A model generated the notes under the pieces. It had not been told where the DNA came from and did not search any database. It worked only from the letters and a program-made list of their open reading frames with translations. From Octopus vulgaris (Eukaryota): a DNA stretch of 64,000 bases. The position numbers were made by a program, and so were the translations under genes. This document shows, piece by piece, positions 63,676-64,000 of this stretch (position 1 is its first letter; every line of letters begins with the position of its first letter). The DNA is taken from contig OX597823.1 of the NCBI GenBank assembly GCA_951406725.2, positions 100,378,001 through 100,442,000 of the forward strand. Direction: 5' to 3'.

Positions 63676-64000
63676 GTAAGTATTTCTGTAAATGTTTTAC
63701 CTTTTTACATGTTTCAGTCATTGGTCTGTGACCATGCCTCGAAGGGTTTGGTCAGGTTTTATTTTTTGAAATTTGATACTTTTCCTATTGGCCCCTTTTG
63801 CTGAACTGCAAACTTATAGGAATGTAAACAAATCAAAATACTGGATCTCAACCAGTGGCAGAGGGCACAAACAGAAAGATGGACAGACATACACACACGA
63901 TGGACTTTCACACTGTTTCTGCCTACTAAATTCACTCCCAATCCCAAAGCATTCGTCGGTCTGGGCTATAGTAGAAGACACTTGAACAAGGTGCTCTGCA

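Overview
AT-rich, repeat-dense animal genomic DNA. The SINE/LINE repertoire and (AT)n/(AC)n load suggest an octopus or other cephalopod; this is inference. Two housekeeping genes diverge from a 10.3 kb intergenic region, both read exon by exon from splice sites. SF3B1 is on the minus strand (coding exons 1-4, 21116->3512) and continues beyond the left edge. POLR1B/RPA2 is on the plus strand (coding exons 1-13, 31412->63675, 385 codons) and continues beyond the right edge. Introns are filled with decayed RTE and CR1/L2-group LINEs, their partner SINE-like repeats, and Tc1/mariner, hAT and piggyBac-type elements. The most unusual structure is a nest of Merlin (IS1595/ISXO2-like) elements at about 27.4-30.3 kb: a transposase remnant, a 1.3 kb non-autonomous copy with 232 bp TIRs inserted into the TIR of a sibling foldback element, and an internal divergent (CCCTAA)n/(TTAGGG)n palindrome. 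Other leads are a candidate poison exon in SF3B1 intron 4, a PHD-finger insertion in the RTE ORF, two LINE-SINE shared 3' tails, and a foldback element with terminal 29-bp tandem repeats. No database searches were run; family calls rest on recognised motifs, and most repeat boundaries are approximate.
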